DNA of 62,375 nt, filler included. It is 5 parts of 5 records of this genome, joined end to end, with 100 filler letters (N's around TTAATTAATTAA, not from the genome) between each part and the next. Parts side by side here need not be neighbours in the genome. Positions count along the whole stretch, not along the records: positions 1 to 25,873 come from SRR2962707_1137; 4 more parts are not named here. The stretch is one strand, 5' to 3'. How positions within the stretch are numbered: the first letter of the stretch is position 1; each line of letters opens with the position of its first letter. This document shows, one piece after another, positions 1-9,423 of the stretch. The translations under genes and the position numbers were made by a program. The notes below the pieces were generated by a model. That model searched no databases. It saw nothing but the letters and a program-made list of their open reading frames with translations, and was not told the DNA's origin.

Positions 1-1
1 T

Positions 2-799
2 CGTCGTAAAGCAATGCTTGAAGACATCGCGATCCTAACAGGCGGTCAAGTGATCTCTGAAGATCTTGGTATCAAGCTTGAGACTGTTACTTTGGACATG
101 CTCGGTACTGCGAAAAAAGTGAGCATCACTAAAGAAAACACAATCATCGTTGATGGCGCTGGCGAGAAAAAAGACATCGAAGCTCGCGTTGCTCAGATCA
201 AAGGTCAGATCGAAGAAACTTCTTCTGATTACGACAAAGAAAAACTTCAAGAGCGTTTGGCTAAATTGGCTGGCGGTGTTGCTGTTCTTCGTGTTGGTGG
301 TTCAACTGAAGTTGAAGTTAAAGAGAAAAAAGACCGCGTTGATGATGCATTGAATGCAACACGCGCTGCTGTTGAAGAAGGCATTGTTGCCGGCGGCGGC
401 ACAGCATTGCTTCGTGCTTCAACACAGATCAAGTCTAAAGGCGCAAATGCTGACCAGGAAGCTGGTATCAACATTATTCGCCGTGCATTGCAGGCACCTG
501 CGCGTCAGATCGCTACCAATGCTGGTGAAGAAGCTTCAATCATTGTTGGCAAAATCCTTGACAAAAATGATGCGAATTTCGGCTTCAACGCTCAAACAGC
601 TGAATATGGCGACATGATCAAAATGGGTATCGTTGACCCAGTTAAAGTTGTGCGCACTGCACTTCAGGACGCTGCTTCAATCGCGGGCCTATTGATCACG
701 ACAGAAGCTATGGTTGCTGATGCTCCATCTAAAGATGGCGGCCATGGCGGCGGCATGCCTGATATGGGCGGCATGGGCGGTATGGGCGGCATGATGTAA
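2..799 (+). CDS. groEL: Chaperonin GroEL, 5'-truncated
   Basis: [43 protein letters not shown] and the C-terminal GGM repeats; frame is open from the window start. Confidence 0.99.
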   Translation, partial: RRKAMLEDIAILTGGQVISEDLGIKLETVTLDMLGTAKKVSITKENTIIVDGAGEKKDIEARVAQIKGQIEETSSDYDKEKLQERLAKLAGGVAVLRVGGSTEVEVKEKKDRVDDALNATRAAVEEGIVAGGGTALLRASTQIKSKGANADQEAGINIIRRALQAPARQIATNAGEEASIIVGKILDKNDANFGFNAQTAEYGDMIKMGIVDPVKVVRTALQDAASIAGLLITTEAMVADAPSKDGGHGGGMPDMGGMGGMGGMM

Positions 800-838
800 T
801 CATCATGAAGTCTTAAAGCCTAAACGCTTTAACCTTTT

Positions 839-865
839 AAGGCCGTCCCTCGGGGCGGCCTTTTT
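839..865 (+). terminator. Rho-independent terminator of groEL
   Basis: GGCCGTCC-ctcg-GGGCGGCC stem followed by TTTTT. Confidence 0.85.
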
Positions 866-898
866 GTTTGCACGGTTTTGCTCCTTAAAACGCGCGAA

Positions 899-1915
899 TC
901 AAATTCTGCTTTTGCGCCACTGGGTCGGGCTCTGGCCGGTAATGCGCAAGAACTCACGGTTGAAGTTTGACTTGCTGATAAAGCCAGCATCAAACATCAA
1001 TTGGGTGACGGGTTCATCCGTTTTCTCCAGCAGTCTGCAGGCTTCCTCAATACGGAATTTATTGACATAGTGAGAGACACTCATGCCTTTGGTTCGGTTG
1101 ATGGCTTCCGAGACATGCCGAGCAGGCAGCCCAAGGCGGCGCGCTAAGCGCGACAGATTGAGATCTGCGTCTTTAAAAAGCCCCCTTGAGATCATTAAGG
1201 TGTCAATCTGTTCGGCGATTTCGGCATCTTGCGGCGTAGCAATAGCACTTGTTTTTTGACCAGAATTGATCGCTTCTCCCTCATCTTCAATGCTGCCTGT
1301 CACAGCAACAGCTCCGCCCAAAGCAAACAAAATGATCGTATTGAAAATCGAGATAGTTAAACCGGCGTAATCGCCTTGAAAGATGTCAAAATCCAGATTG
1401 ATAAACATATCTAATATGGCAGATAAAATCAGCGCCACACCGGTTATCCATAGCGCGCGATAAGACAAAACAACGCCGTCCAGCCGAGACTTCACTAAAA
1501 TGTCGGGTCCGCGACGTGCCATGTTTAGCAGCGCAAAACCATAGCCCAAAAATGTTGCCGTTATCACAAGACCAAGCGGGGCCGTTTTAATCATAAAGAA
1601 AAGACCCGCTAGAAGCGTCGGCGTAAGATGCAAAAGCTGCCATGGTGAATTTTGATGGGGGCTATCGGTCAGGCTTTGAAAAGCGAGAAACGCTAAAGTG
1701 GCAAGCAATGTCGCCAACAATATTTGAAACGGCATTACCGCGTTAATCTGATAGCCCCAACGCAGACCGATGATGATTGATTGCAACGCATAGGTGCCCA
1801 TCAATGCGATGAAAAGCCAATCGGAATAAGACGGACGCTCCATCCGCATAATTTTTTGAGCAATGATGATCGTCAACAGCAGCGCAACAACAAAGGAGAT
1901 CGGAACGAAAAGCAT
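899..1915 (-). CDS. AraC-family regulator with N-terminal multi-pass membrane domain
   Basis: About 7 hydrophobic segments, then a C-terminal AraC HTH (LNLSRLARRLG...YVNKFRIEEAC...AGFISKSNFNREF). Confidence 0.9.
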   Translation of the reverse strand: MLFVPISFVVALLLTIIIAQKIMRMERPSYSDWLFIALMGTYALQSIIIGLRWGYQINAVMPFQILLATLLATLAFLAFQSLTDSPHQNSPWQLLHLTPTLLAGLFFMIKTAPLGLVITATFLGYGFALLNMARRGPDILVKSRLDGVVLSYRALWITGVALILSAILDMFINLDFDIFQGDYAGLTISIFNTIILFALGGAVAVTGSIEDEGEAINSGQKTSAIATPQDAEIAEQIDTLMISRGLFKDADLNLSRLARRLGLPARHVSEAINRTKGMSVSHYVNKFRIEEACRLLEKTDEPVTQLMFDAGFISKSNFNREFLRITGQSPTQWRKSRI

Positions 1916-1964
1916 GTATGTTTTCCAAACTTGTCAGCAGATGCTGCATGTTTTGTACTGAATT

Positions 1965-1988
1965 GCGTTCTGGGTCGACCTCAAACGC
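1965..1988. promoter_or_regulatory. Imperfect inverted repeat in the divergent AraC/exported-protein intergenic region, possible operator
   Basis: GCGTTctgGGTC|GACCtcaAACGC. Confidence 0.35.
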
Positions 1989-2061
1989 GTTTTAGGTCTC
2001 AATATCTATTCCGCACATCTCTTATCGGGACATCGCTTGTTGCGAAAAACCGATTAGGAGA

Positions 2062-2772
2062 ATGATAATGAATAGAGTGATTGTATCAGTTTGCGCCGTT
2101 TGCGTCTCATGCAGCGCGGCGCAGACCGCGAGCGAAATATCTGCGCTCGACCTTTCTGGGGTCAAAATAGTGAAAATTACAGGCGGTGCGAGCAAGGTTT
2201 CTTTGACTGCTTTTGATGACGCTCCATACGCCGCTACGATGAAGATTACGCATAAAGGCTGGTCATCGGGCTGGGTATCTAGCTGGTTTTATAATGATTG
2301 CCTTGCATCCAGCCGACTGAAGTTGGATGGAACAACGCTGCTGGTCAATTTGGTGTCATCATCTTGGTACAGCGTGAGCGATTGTTTCGTGGCAGCGGAG
2401 ATAAATGTTCCGTCTGAGGCTATCGTCACTATTGATCTCGACGCCTCAATGCTCAGTCTCACCGGGTCCTTTGATCATATTGATGCTGGTGGACAGGCGC
2501 TCGATTTTACCTTTGATGGTCATGTCAATCAGGCATCACTTTCGGGTAAAGCTATGAAAGCGAATATGCGGTTTTCTCATTTGGATGGAAACGAAAAGAT
2601 TTTGCTTTCTACCAGAGCGCTGATTGCAGATTTTTATTTTGGCACAGATGCGCATGTAAATTACGACATTTCAGGCATTGCCAATATCGTTAATAGTCGT
2701 CTCACCAACTATCCAGATGCGGGCACGAAACTAACGATTGATGGCAATTTCGGCATTGTTTCAATTCGCTAA
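2062..2772 (+). CDS. Putative exported protein, beta-rich (GIN/adhesin-head-like by inference)
   Basis: AGGAG RBS, N-terminal signal-like segment with Cys residues, repetitive beta-strand/Gly pattern. Confidence 0.6.
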   Translation: MIMNRVIVSVCAVCVSCSAAQTASEISALDLSGVKIVKITGGASKVSLTAFDDAPYAATMKITHKGWSSGWVSSWFYNDCLASSRLKLDGTTLLVNLVSSSWYSVSDCFVAAEINVPSEAIVTIDLDASMLSLTGSFDHIDAGGQALDFTFDGHVNQASLSGKAMKANMRFSHLDGNEKILLSTRALIADFYFGTDAHVNYDISGIANIVNSRLTNYPDAGTKLTIDGNFGIVSIR

Positions 2773-2838
2773 ATTTTCGCCGAATGCACATCCCAGAACG
2801 AGCACCGCCGTAAAGCGGTGCTTTGGAGGTTATGAATC

Positions 2839-3036
2839 TTATTCATGTTCGATGATAATGGCTTCATGTTCTTTGCGCGCTTTGTGAATTGCCCAAGCGC
2901 CGAAGAATGAGCCAAACAGCGCCGCAAGAACCGCTGCGCCAATAGCAGCAAGGCCAACCCAAACGAGAATTGGTACCGCGATTACGGCAATCGCAATGGC
3001 AACTGCAAAGCGTAAAAATGATTTGATCGTGTTCAT
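2839..3036 (-). CDS. Small two-TM membrane protein (65 aa)
   Basis: AAGGGA RBS, basic N-terminus, long hydrophobic hairpin, charged tail. Confidence 0.7.
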   Translation of the reverse strand: MNTIKSFLRFAVAIAIAVIAVPILVWVGLAAIGAAVLAALFGSFFGAWAIHKARKEHEAIIIEHE

Positions 3037-3060
3037 AATAAATCCCTTTCCATACCCAAT

Positions 3061-3088
3061 AAATGGGATGGGCGATCATTCGTTTCAA
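3061..3088 (-). promoter_or_regulatory. Putative RpoH (sigma32) promoter for the 65-aa membrane protein
   Basis: Minus strand TTGAAA-N14-TCCCATTT against the sigma32 consensus TTGAAA-N13/14-CCCCATWT. Confidence 0.55.
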
Positions 3089-3208
3089 TAAATCCCAAAT
3101 TACAGTTTCGTAAGGTTAGCAGCCGCAAAGTCTGTCTTAGCATTGCAATGTGAGCCCGTTACTCTATTAAAGGGCAAAACTCCCTGATGATTACCAACGG
3201 ATATATAT

Positions 3209-4843
3209 ATGCTTAAGCCAACATTGGCCGCGATTGCTTCGCGTATCGGCACGCCAGAAGGCGCGCGCGCGACGATTACTCATTTCACACCTAACGTTTT
3301 AAAAACTGAGCTGCTATCGGGCTTAACTGTTGCGCTCGCCTTGGTTCCAGAAGCGGTTGCTTTTGCGTTTGTCGCGGGCGTTCACCCGCTTGTTGGTCTT
3401 TATGCAGCCTTCATCGTTGGGCTTATCACAGCATTGATCGGTGGTCGTCCAGGCATGATTTCTGGTGCGACTGGTGCTCTGGCCGTAGTTATGGTTGCGC
3501 TGGTTGCGCAGCACGGCATTGAATATTTGTTTGCGACCGTTGTTTTGATGGGCATTTTGCAAATTCTTGCCGGTATTTTCCACCTCGGCAAATTCATCCG
3601 TCTCGTGCCCCATCCGGTGATGTTGGGCTTTGTGAACGGCTTGGCGATTGTTATTTTTCTAGCGCAGCTAGGCCAGTTCCAAATACCAGGTACGGCTATT
3701 GCCGGTGAAGGCCACGGCCTTCCAAATGGTCAGTGGCTCACGGGTTTTCCATTGATGCTCATGCTCGCCTTGGTCGCGCTGACGATGTTTATCATCTGGT
3801 TTATGCCGCGCATTACTAAAGCCTTTCCGGCCCCGCTTGCGGGCATTGGTATTGTTGCTGCGATTGTTATCCTGTTTGGTCTTGATGTGCCGCGCGTGGG
3901 TGATCTTGCTTCGATTAAAGGCGCATTGCCGCTTTTCCATATTCCAATGGTGCCGCTCAATTATGAAACGCTGAAAATTATCATTCCTTATGCTGTCATT
4001 TTGGCGGCGATTGGCCTGATCGAAAGCCTGCTAACGCTCAACCTTGTGGGCGAAATTACAGGCCAGCGCGGCGGTGCATCGAAAGAATGTGTAGCGCAGG
4101 GCGTTGCTAATACCGTAACTGGCTTCTTTGGCGGCATGGGCGGCTGCGCGATGATTGGTCAGTCTATGATCAATGTGAAATCAGGTGGCCGCACACGTCT
4201 ATCAGGCACAGCGGCAGCCTTGTTCCTTCTTGCGTTTATTCTGTTTGCATCATCGCTCATCGAGCAAATTCCGCTGGCCGCTTTGGTAGGCGTTATGTTC
4301 ATGGTGGTTATCGGCACATTTGCGTGGAACTCACTGCGCATCATGACGAAGATTCCGCGCATGGATGCTTTCGTGATTGTGCTTGTGACAGTGGTGACTG
4401 TTTGGACTGATTTGGCGACAGCGGTTGTTGTTGGCGTTATCGTTTCTGCGCTTGCCTACTCATGGCAGAACGCATCGCGGATTTGGGCGAAATCTCATAT
4501 CACGCCAGAAGGCGCAAAAGTCTACTCCATCGAAGGCCCATTGTTCTTTGGCTCAACGGATGGTTTTTCGGAGATTTTTTCACCAGAAAGCGATCCGTCT
4601 GTGGTGATTGTTGACTTCATGCGATCACGCGTTGTGGACCAATCTGCGCTGCAGGCGCTTGAAGATTTGGCAAACCGCTATGAAGCAGAAGGCAAATCCT
4701 TGCAGCTTCGCCATCTTTCGCATGATTGCCATAAATTGCTTAATCGCGCAGGTCAGCTGATCGTTGATGCTGATGACGACCCCGATTATGGGATCGCCGT
4801 TGATTATAGCGTGCGTACCGGCTCTTTTACCGGCGGCCACTAA
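3209..4843 (+). CDS. SulP family inorganic anion transporter with STAS domain
   Basis: ELLSGLTVALALVPEAVAF, GGRPGMISGATG, GGCAMIGQS and C-terminal STAS (GPLFFGS). Confidence 0.96.
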   Translation: MLKPTLAAIASRIGTPEGARATITHFTPNVLKTELLSGLTVALALVPEAVAFAFVAGVHPLVGLYAAFIVGLITALIGGRPGMISGATGALAVVMVALVAQHGIEYLFATVVLMGILQILAGIFHLGKFIRLVPHPVMLGFVNGLAIVIFLAQLGQFQIPGTAIAGEGHGLPNGQWLTGFPLMLMLALVALTMFIIWFMPRITKAFPAPLAGIGIVAAIVILFGLDVPRVGDLASIKGALPLFHIPMVPLNYETLKIIIPYAVILAAIGLIESLLTLNLVGEITGQRGGASKECVAQGVANTVTGFFGGMGGCAMIGQSMINVKSGGRTRLSGTAAALFLLAFILFASSLIEQIPLAALVGVMFMVVIGTFAWNSLRIMTKIPRMDAFVIVLVTVVTVWTDLATAVVVGVIVSALAYSWQNASRIWAKSHITPEGAKVYSIEGPLFFGSTDGFSEIFSPESDPSVVIVDFMRSRVVDQSALQALEDLANRYEAEGKSLQLRHLSHDCHKLLNRAGQLIVDADDDPDYGIAVDYSVRTGSFTGGH

Positions 4844-4846
4844 GGC

Positions 4847-6067
4847 TTAGCCAAGAATATTATGTTCTGGTCCGTAAGGGAATTTGGTGATGTTTTCGAC
4901 ATCGCCATTTTCACCAATGACCAGAATATCGTGTTCACGGTAACCGCCGGCTCCCGCAGTTCCTTCAGGTATCCAAACCATTGGCTCCATGGACACCACC
5001 ATGCCCGGCTCTAAAACTGTATCGATGTCTTCGCGCAGTTCTAGGCCCGCCTCGCGGCCATAATAATGCGACAGCACGCCGAAGGAATGGCCATAGCCAA
5101 ACGAGCGGTATTCCAGCAGTTTTTCCGCTTCAAAGAACCTGTTGAGTTCTTCGCAAATGCCGGAACATGTTGCGCCCGTTTTAATCAGGGAAATACCAAG
5201 CTCATGGGCGGCGACATTGGCCTCCCAAATTTTGCGCGATGCGGCATCTGGTTCACCTAAGAAAAGCGTGCGTTCAAGCGCGGTGTAATAGCCCGAAATC
5301 ATCGGGAAGGTGTTGAGGCTTAGAATATCGCCTTGCTGCAATTGGCGCGCAGTCACCGGATTATGTGCACCATCAGTGTTGAGACCTGACTGGAACCAAA
5401 CCCATGTATCGCGGTATTCCGCATCAGGGAAACTTTTTGCGATTTCCAGTTCCATCGCACCGCGGCCTGCCATCGCAATATCAATCTCGCGTGCGCCCTG
5501 TTTAATCGCCGCATGGATTGCAAAGCCGCCCACATCGGCAACGCGCGCACCTTGTTTAATCAGCGCAATTTCTTCCTGCGATTTGACCATACGTTCGCGC
5601 ATGGCGGCAGGCGCTACATCCACCAAGTCCGAAACACCGAGCATATCGCGCAGTTTTTCATGCGCTGCGAGTGTCAGATGATCATCTTCAACGCCAAGTC
5701 GTTTTGCATCGCCAATGAGATGCTTGACCGCACGCCAGTAATTATCGCGTTTCCAGTCCGTATAAATCACATTGTCTTCGAGCGAGCGACGCCAAGGCTG
5801 GCTGGCATCAATATTTGCCGACACGGTTGTGCATTCATCTTGCGTGACGATGCAGCCGTAAGGGCGGCCAAATGAACAATAAAGAAAGCCCGAATAATAG
5901 GCGATATTGTGCATTGAGGTAAAAAGAGCCGCATCAATATCCCGCGCAGCCATGATCGTGCGCAGACCCTTGAGACGGCGTTCATATTCTAAGTTTGAGA
6001 AAGGGAGTTTAGCTTTTCCGCCATCATAGCGGCTAAAGAATTCTGGGCGTTGTGTTTGTATCGACAT
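4847..6067 (-). CDS. Creatinase (creatine amidinohydrolase, M24 fold)
   Basis: HNIAYYSGFLYCSFGRPYG, DTWVWFQSGLNTDGAHNPVT, YYTALERT, HYYGREAGLELRED, GGYREHDI; ATG at 6067 follows GGAG. Confidence 0.92.
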   Translation of the reverse strand: MSIQTQRPEFFSRYDGGKAKLPFSNLEYERRLKGLRTIMAARDIDAALFTSMHNIAYYSGFLYCSFGRPYGCIVTQDECTTVSANIDASQPWRRSLEDNVIYTDWKRDNYWRAVKHLIGDAKRLGVEDDHLTLAAHEKLRDMLGVSDLVDVAPAAMRERMVKSQEEIALIKQGARVADVGGFAIHAAIKQGAREIDIAMAGRGAMELEIAKSFPDAEYRDTWVWFQSGLNTDGAHNPVTARQLQQGDILSLNTFPMISGYYTALERTLFLGEPDAASRKIWEANVAAHELGISLIKTGATCSGICEELNRFFEAEKLLEYRSFGYGHSFGVLSHYYGREAGLELREDIDTVLEPGMVVSMEPMVWIPEGTAGAGGYREHDILVIGENGDVENITKFPYGPEHNILG

Positions 6068-6144
6068 ACTCAAATCTCCGAAGCGCTTGCCGGATTTTGA
6101 GCTGCCGGTGCGCTGTTAAAAACAAAGCATCCGGGCGTACAGGA

Positions 6145-6186
6145 CTATTCTTGGGAGTGGTTCAAACGGGCGACGCCATCGTCCAT
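6145..6186 (-). CDS. Putative leader peptide/uORF MDDGVARLNHSQE upstream of creatinase
   Basis: ATG...TAG, 13 sense codons, lying between the predicted promoter and the structured leader; translation is unproven. Confidence 0.45.
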   Translation of the reverse strand: MDDGVARLNHSQE

Positions 6187-6195
6187 TTGAACGCG

Positions 6196-6224
6196 AAACT
6201 ATTGAAGGAATGTGGCCCCGTCAA
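6196..6224 (-). promoter_or_regulatory. Putative sigma70 promoter of the creatinase leader
   Basis: Minus strand TTGACG-N17-TAGTTT. Confidence 0.6.
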
Positions 6225-6250
6225 TCGGCAAATTTTCGGGGCCAAATCGC

Positions 6251-6955
6251 TTACTCGGTTGCTGGCACTTTAAGGCCTTTAATCGATGCAGGGCGCTCTA
6301 GGCAGCGCTCGAGCCAAGCTGAAACATTCGGTAAATCTGCAAAGCCGAGTTCTTTTTCAGCTTTGTAGAAGATTTTAGCGCCGTTGAGCCATGGGAAAAT
6401 TGCGATATCAGCAATGGTATATTCATCGCCCATAATCCATTGGCGTCCTTCCAAGCGTTGCTCCAACACATTGAGCAAGCGTTTAGCTTCGTTTTGATAG
6501 CGCTCGACGGGGCGTTTATCTTCAATTTCCTTGCCCGCAAAGGCGAAGAAATAACCAAATTGGCCAAACATCGGGCCAATGCCGCCCATTTGGAACATCA
6601 ACCATTGGATTGTTTCATATTTACGCGCTGGATCCGCTGGCAGCAATTTGCCGGTTTTCTCAGCCAAGTAAATCAGGATTGCGCCTGATTCCCACAGACC
6701 CATCGCTTCGCCATTGGGACCATTTGGATCGATAATCGCTGGGATTTTGTTGTTTGGATTGAGCGAGAGGAACGGCTCTTTTGTCACTTCGCTAAACGGC
6801 ACATAATGGGCATCATATGGCAGGCCCATCTCTTCCATCGCAATCGTTACCTTAACGCCATTAGGCGTTGGTATTGAATAGAGCTGAATAATGTCGGGAT
6901 GGACTGGTTTCCACGTTTGGCTGATAGGGAAATCTGCGAGGGTTTTCTTGCTCAT
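6251..6955 (-). CDS. Glutathione S-transferase, YfcG/YghU-like
   Basis: TPNG motif, LNPNNKIPAI, ESGAILIYLAEK, QMGGIGPMFGQ, YTIADIA. Confidence 0.93.
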   Translation of the reverse strand: MSKKTLADFPISQTWKPVHPDIIQLYSIPTPNGVKVTIAMEEMGLPYDAHYVPFSEVTKEPFLSLNPNNKIPAIIDPNGPNGEAMGLWESGAILIYLAEKTGKLLPADPARKYETIQWLMFQMGGIGPMFGQFGYFFAFAGKEIEDKRPVERYQNEAKRLLNVLEQRLEGRQWIMGDEYTIADIAIFPWLNGAKIFYKAEKELGFADLPNVSAWLERCLERPASIKGLKVPATE

Positions 6956-7174
6956 AAAACTCTTCCTGTTTGCTGCTGTTGCTGCAATAGGTAGGACAAA
7001 TTTCGTTCAATGCAATGGCGTCACAGCAAATTCACTGTTCACCAATGATGAACGAACTGTTGAAAAACAATTAGAAGTAATTGCTGCAGAAACTGATATG
7101 TTGCGCTTACAACCGGCCGGGCTTTGGGGTTAATTGCGCTTGGTTGGGCATCTTATAAACAAATGGAAAAAAAT

Positions 7175-7555
7175 ATGAACAATCTTCTTCTTCTCGTCGC
7201 CCGCATTTTGATGGCGTTTATCTTTATCATGTCTGGCATTGGCAAATTCGGCGCTATCGAAGGCACAGCCGGATATATCTCATCTGTTGGCCTTCCTGCA
7301 GGTGTAGCTCTTGCATGGCTTTCAGCAATTTTCGAAACAGTTGCAGGTATCGCTCTTTTGGTTGGCTTCCGCACAAAAGAAGCTGCTTGGCTTATGGCAG
7401 CGTTCTGTGTGGTTAGTGGTCTTCTTTTCCACTACGAACCAGCAGATCAAATGCAGATGATCAGCTTCATGAAAAACCTTGCAATGGCAGGCGGCTTCCT
7501 AGCGCTTAGCGTTGCTGGTCCTGGCGCATGGTCAGTTGACCGCCGCGGCAAATAA
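7175..7555 (+). CDS. DoxX family membrane protein
   Basis: LVARILMAFIFIMSGIGK...FMKNLAMAGGFL...GPGAWSVD. Confidence 0.9.
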   Translation: MNNLLLLVARILMAFIFIMSGIGKFGAIEGTAGYISSVGLPAGVALAWLSAIFETVAGIALLVGFRTKEAAWLMAAFCVVSGLLFHYEPADQMQMISFMKNLAMAGGFLALSVAGPGAWSVDRRGK

Positions 7556-7574
7556 GCCAAACGCATAGATAGTT

Positions 7575-7608
7575 AAACGCCGTCTGATTTTTCAGGCGGC
7601 GTTTTTTT
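7575..7608. terminator. Terminator between convergent DoxX and hisG
   Basis: AAACGCCGTCTGA-tttt-TCAGGCGGCGTTTTTTT. Confidence 0.85.
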
Positions 7609-7618
7609 GTGCGTTAAT

Positions 7619-8302
7619 TTAAGCTAGTTTTTGAGCCAGCTCGCCTATCACAGCGCTTTTAGGGCGGGCGTTTGAAGCAAACAGACAGGCTTCAGATTTT
7701 AAGATCACGCCATCATCTAAAACGCGTAGACCATTGGCGCGCAGCGTTGAGCCGGTCTCTGTAATATCAACAATCAAATCTGCCTGACCGCCCGCTGGTG
7801 CGCCTTCTGTTGCGCCCAAGCTTTCAATAATGCGGTAAAGCTGAATGCCATGCTGCTGGCTGAAAAACTGCTGCGTGAGCTGCCAATATTTTGTGGCAAT
7901 GCGCAAACGGCGACCATGCAGCGCGCGGAAGCCTGCGGCAACTTCGGCCAGATCTGCCATTGTGTGCACATCAAACCACGCATCGGGCACGGCGACAATC
8001 ACATCGGCTTTGCCGAAGTTAAGCCGCGCAACAAGGTCCATCTTAACAAAACTATCGGTGATGTTTTCGCGCACCAAATCTTCACCGGTAATGCCTGCGT
8101 CAACATTGCCAGCGGCAACTTCACGGGCAATTTCAGAGGCTGACAGATAGGCAATTTCAATGTCGCTGCGGCCCTTAACGGTGGCGCGGTATGATCGCGG
8201 ATCGGCAGGCGGTACGATCTCAATGCCGCCGCGCATTAATAGCTCAATGGCTTTTTCTTTCAGACGGCCTTTGGATGGCAATGCAAGAACGGTCACACTC
8301 AT
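7619..8302 (-). CDS. hisG: ATP phosphoribosyltransferase, short form
   Basis: [40 protein letters not shown]. Confidence 0.96.
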   Translation of the reverse strand: MSVTVLALPSKGRLKEKAIELLMRGGIEIVPPADPRSYRATVKGRSDIEIAYLSASEIAREVAAGNVDAGITGEDLVRENITDSFVKMDLVARLNFGKADVIVAVPDAWFDVHTMADLAEVAAGFRALHGRRLRIATKYWQLTQQFFSQQHGIQLYRIIESLGATEGAPAGGQADLIVDITETGSTLRANGLRVLDDGVILKSEACLFASNARPKSAVIGELAQKLA

Positions 8303-9420
8303 GATTTTGCCCCCTCACCGGCTTTGGCTATGCGGTCGAGCCATAAGGAAAAGCCGACACCGGGCATTGGCGCTTTAGCACCAAGCAGCGGCAGCAAACG
8401 GTCGTAGCGACCGCCGCCAGCCAGCACCAGCGCGTCTTTAGTGCGCATTTCAAACACAAGGCCTGTATAATAATCGAGCGGACGGCCAAAGGACGCATCA
8501 TAAACCATTGACGATAAATCCAGCCCCTCAGCTGCAATGGCTGCATTGCGTTTGGCAAAATCCGATAAGGCGGCGGCAAGGTTTAAGCCATGCGCTGACT
8601 CAAAGAGCTCCAGCGCAGAGGTTGCCTCATCAAGTGGCACAGTCAAATTTAGGAATGCGCGCAGCACATCGAGCTTCGACGGGTCGGGGCGATCATTGGC
8701 TGCTTGAACTTTTGCCATCAACCGAGCGGTGATTTCAGAAGGTCCACGGCCGCCGCTGTTCAGCAAGCTCGCCTCAGCTAATTGTTCACCAACCAGCGCT
8801 TCAAGCTTTGCCACATCGCCCGCTTTGGCAGCGTTTAGAAGCGCTGCTGGAAGGTCGGGCATTTGCGGCGGCTGGCTTAGCGCATCAAGCGCATTATCCA
8901 GCGATGTTTTATTGCCGAAAGCATGGGCAAGCTGTAAGCGCCAACCTTTTGGCAGGCCAAGGGCTGCAAGCACTGCATCAAAAACCGCCTGATCGCCGAT
9001 CAGCATTTGGCAGTTTTTTGCAGCGCCTAATTTTGAAACGCAATAGACCGCATCGGCAATAGCGCGGCTATCGGCGGCGGTGCGGTTTTCATTGCCAATG
9101 TCTTCAATACCCGCTTGCAAAAATTCAGACCCACCGGCGCGGCGCTGGCGAAATACCGTGCCAACATAGCCATAACGGCCCTTTGCTTCGCCAGATTTGA
9201 TGTGGCTTAAGCACACCGGAATGGTGAATTCAGGCCGCAAGCAGAGCGCTGCGCCCTTATCATCCGAGGTCAGGAAAATACGGCGGCGCAGCTCTTCGCC
9301 CGCTGTGTCCAAAAACGCATCGGCAGGCTGTACAACCGGCACATCTAAACGCTGAGCGCCGCGCGCTTCTAAAATGGCCTCAATGCTGGCCCGTGCAGAA
9401 AATGAGCGGTGCGCAGCCAT
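8299..9420 (-). CDS. hisZ: ATP phosphoribosyltransferase regulatory subunit
   Basis: [38 protein letters not shown]; lies between hisS and hisG with an ATGA overlap. Confidence 0.94.
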   Translation of the reverse strand: MAAHRSFSARASIEAILEARGAQRLDVPVVQPADAFLDTAGEELRRRIFLTSDDKGAALCLRPEFTIPVCLSHIKSGEAKGRYGYVGTVFRQRRAGGSEFLQAGIEDIGNENRTAADSRAIADAVYCVSKLGAAKNCQMLIGDQAVFDAVLAALGLPKGWRLQLAHAFGNKTSLDNALDALSQPPQMPDLPAALLNAAKAGDVAKLEALVGEQLAEASLLNSGGRGPSEITARLMAKVQAANDRPDPSKLDVLRAFLNLTVPLDEATSALELFESAHGLNLAAALSDFAKRNAAIAAEGLDLSSMVYDASFGRPLDYYTGLVFEMRTKDALVLAGGGRYDRLLPLLGAKAPMPGVGFSLWLDRIAKAGEGAKS

Positions 9421-9423
9421 GGC

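Noticed and set aside
800-3200. Genomic island integrated at the groEL 3' end
   Set aside because: No integrase and no direct repeat of the groEL end found
6067-6186. Amber readthrough fusing the uORF to creatinase
   Set aside because: The two ATGs are 119 nt apart (out of frame), and the readthrough frame stops at TGA just before the creatinase start
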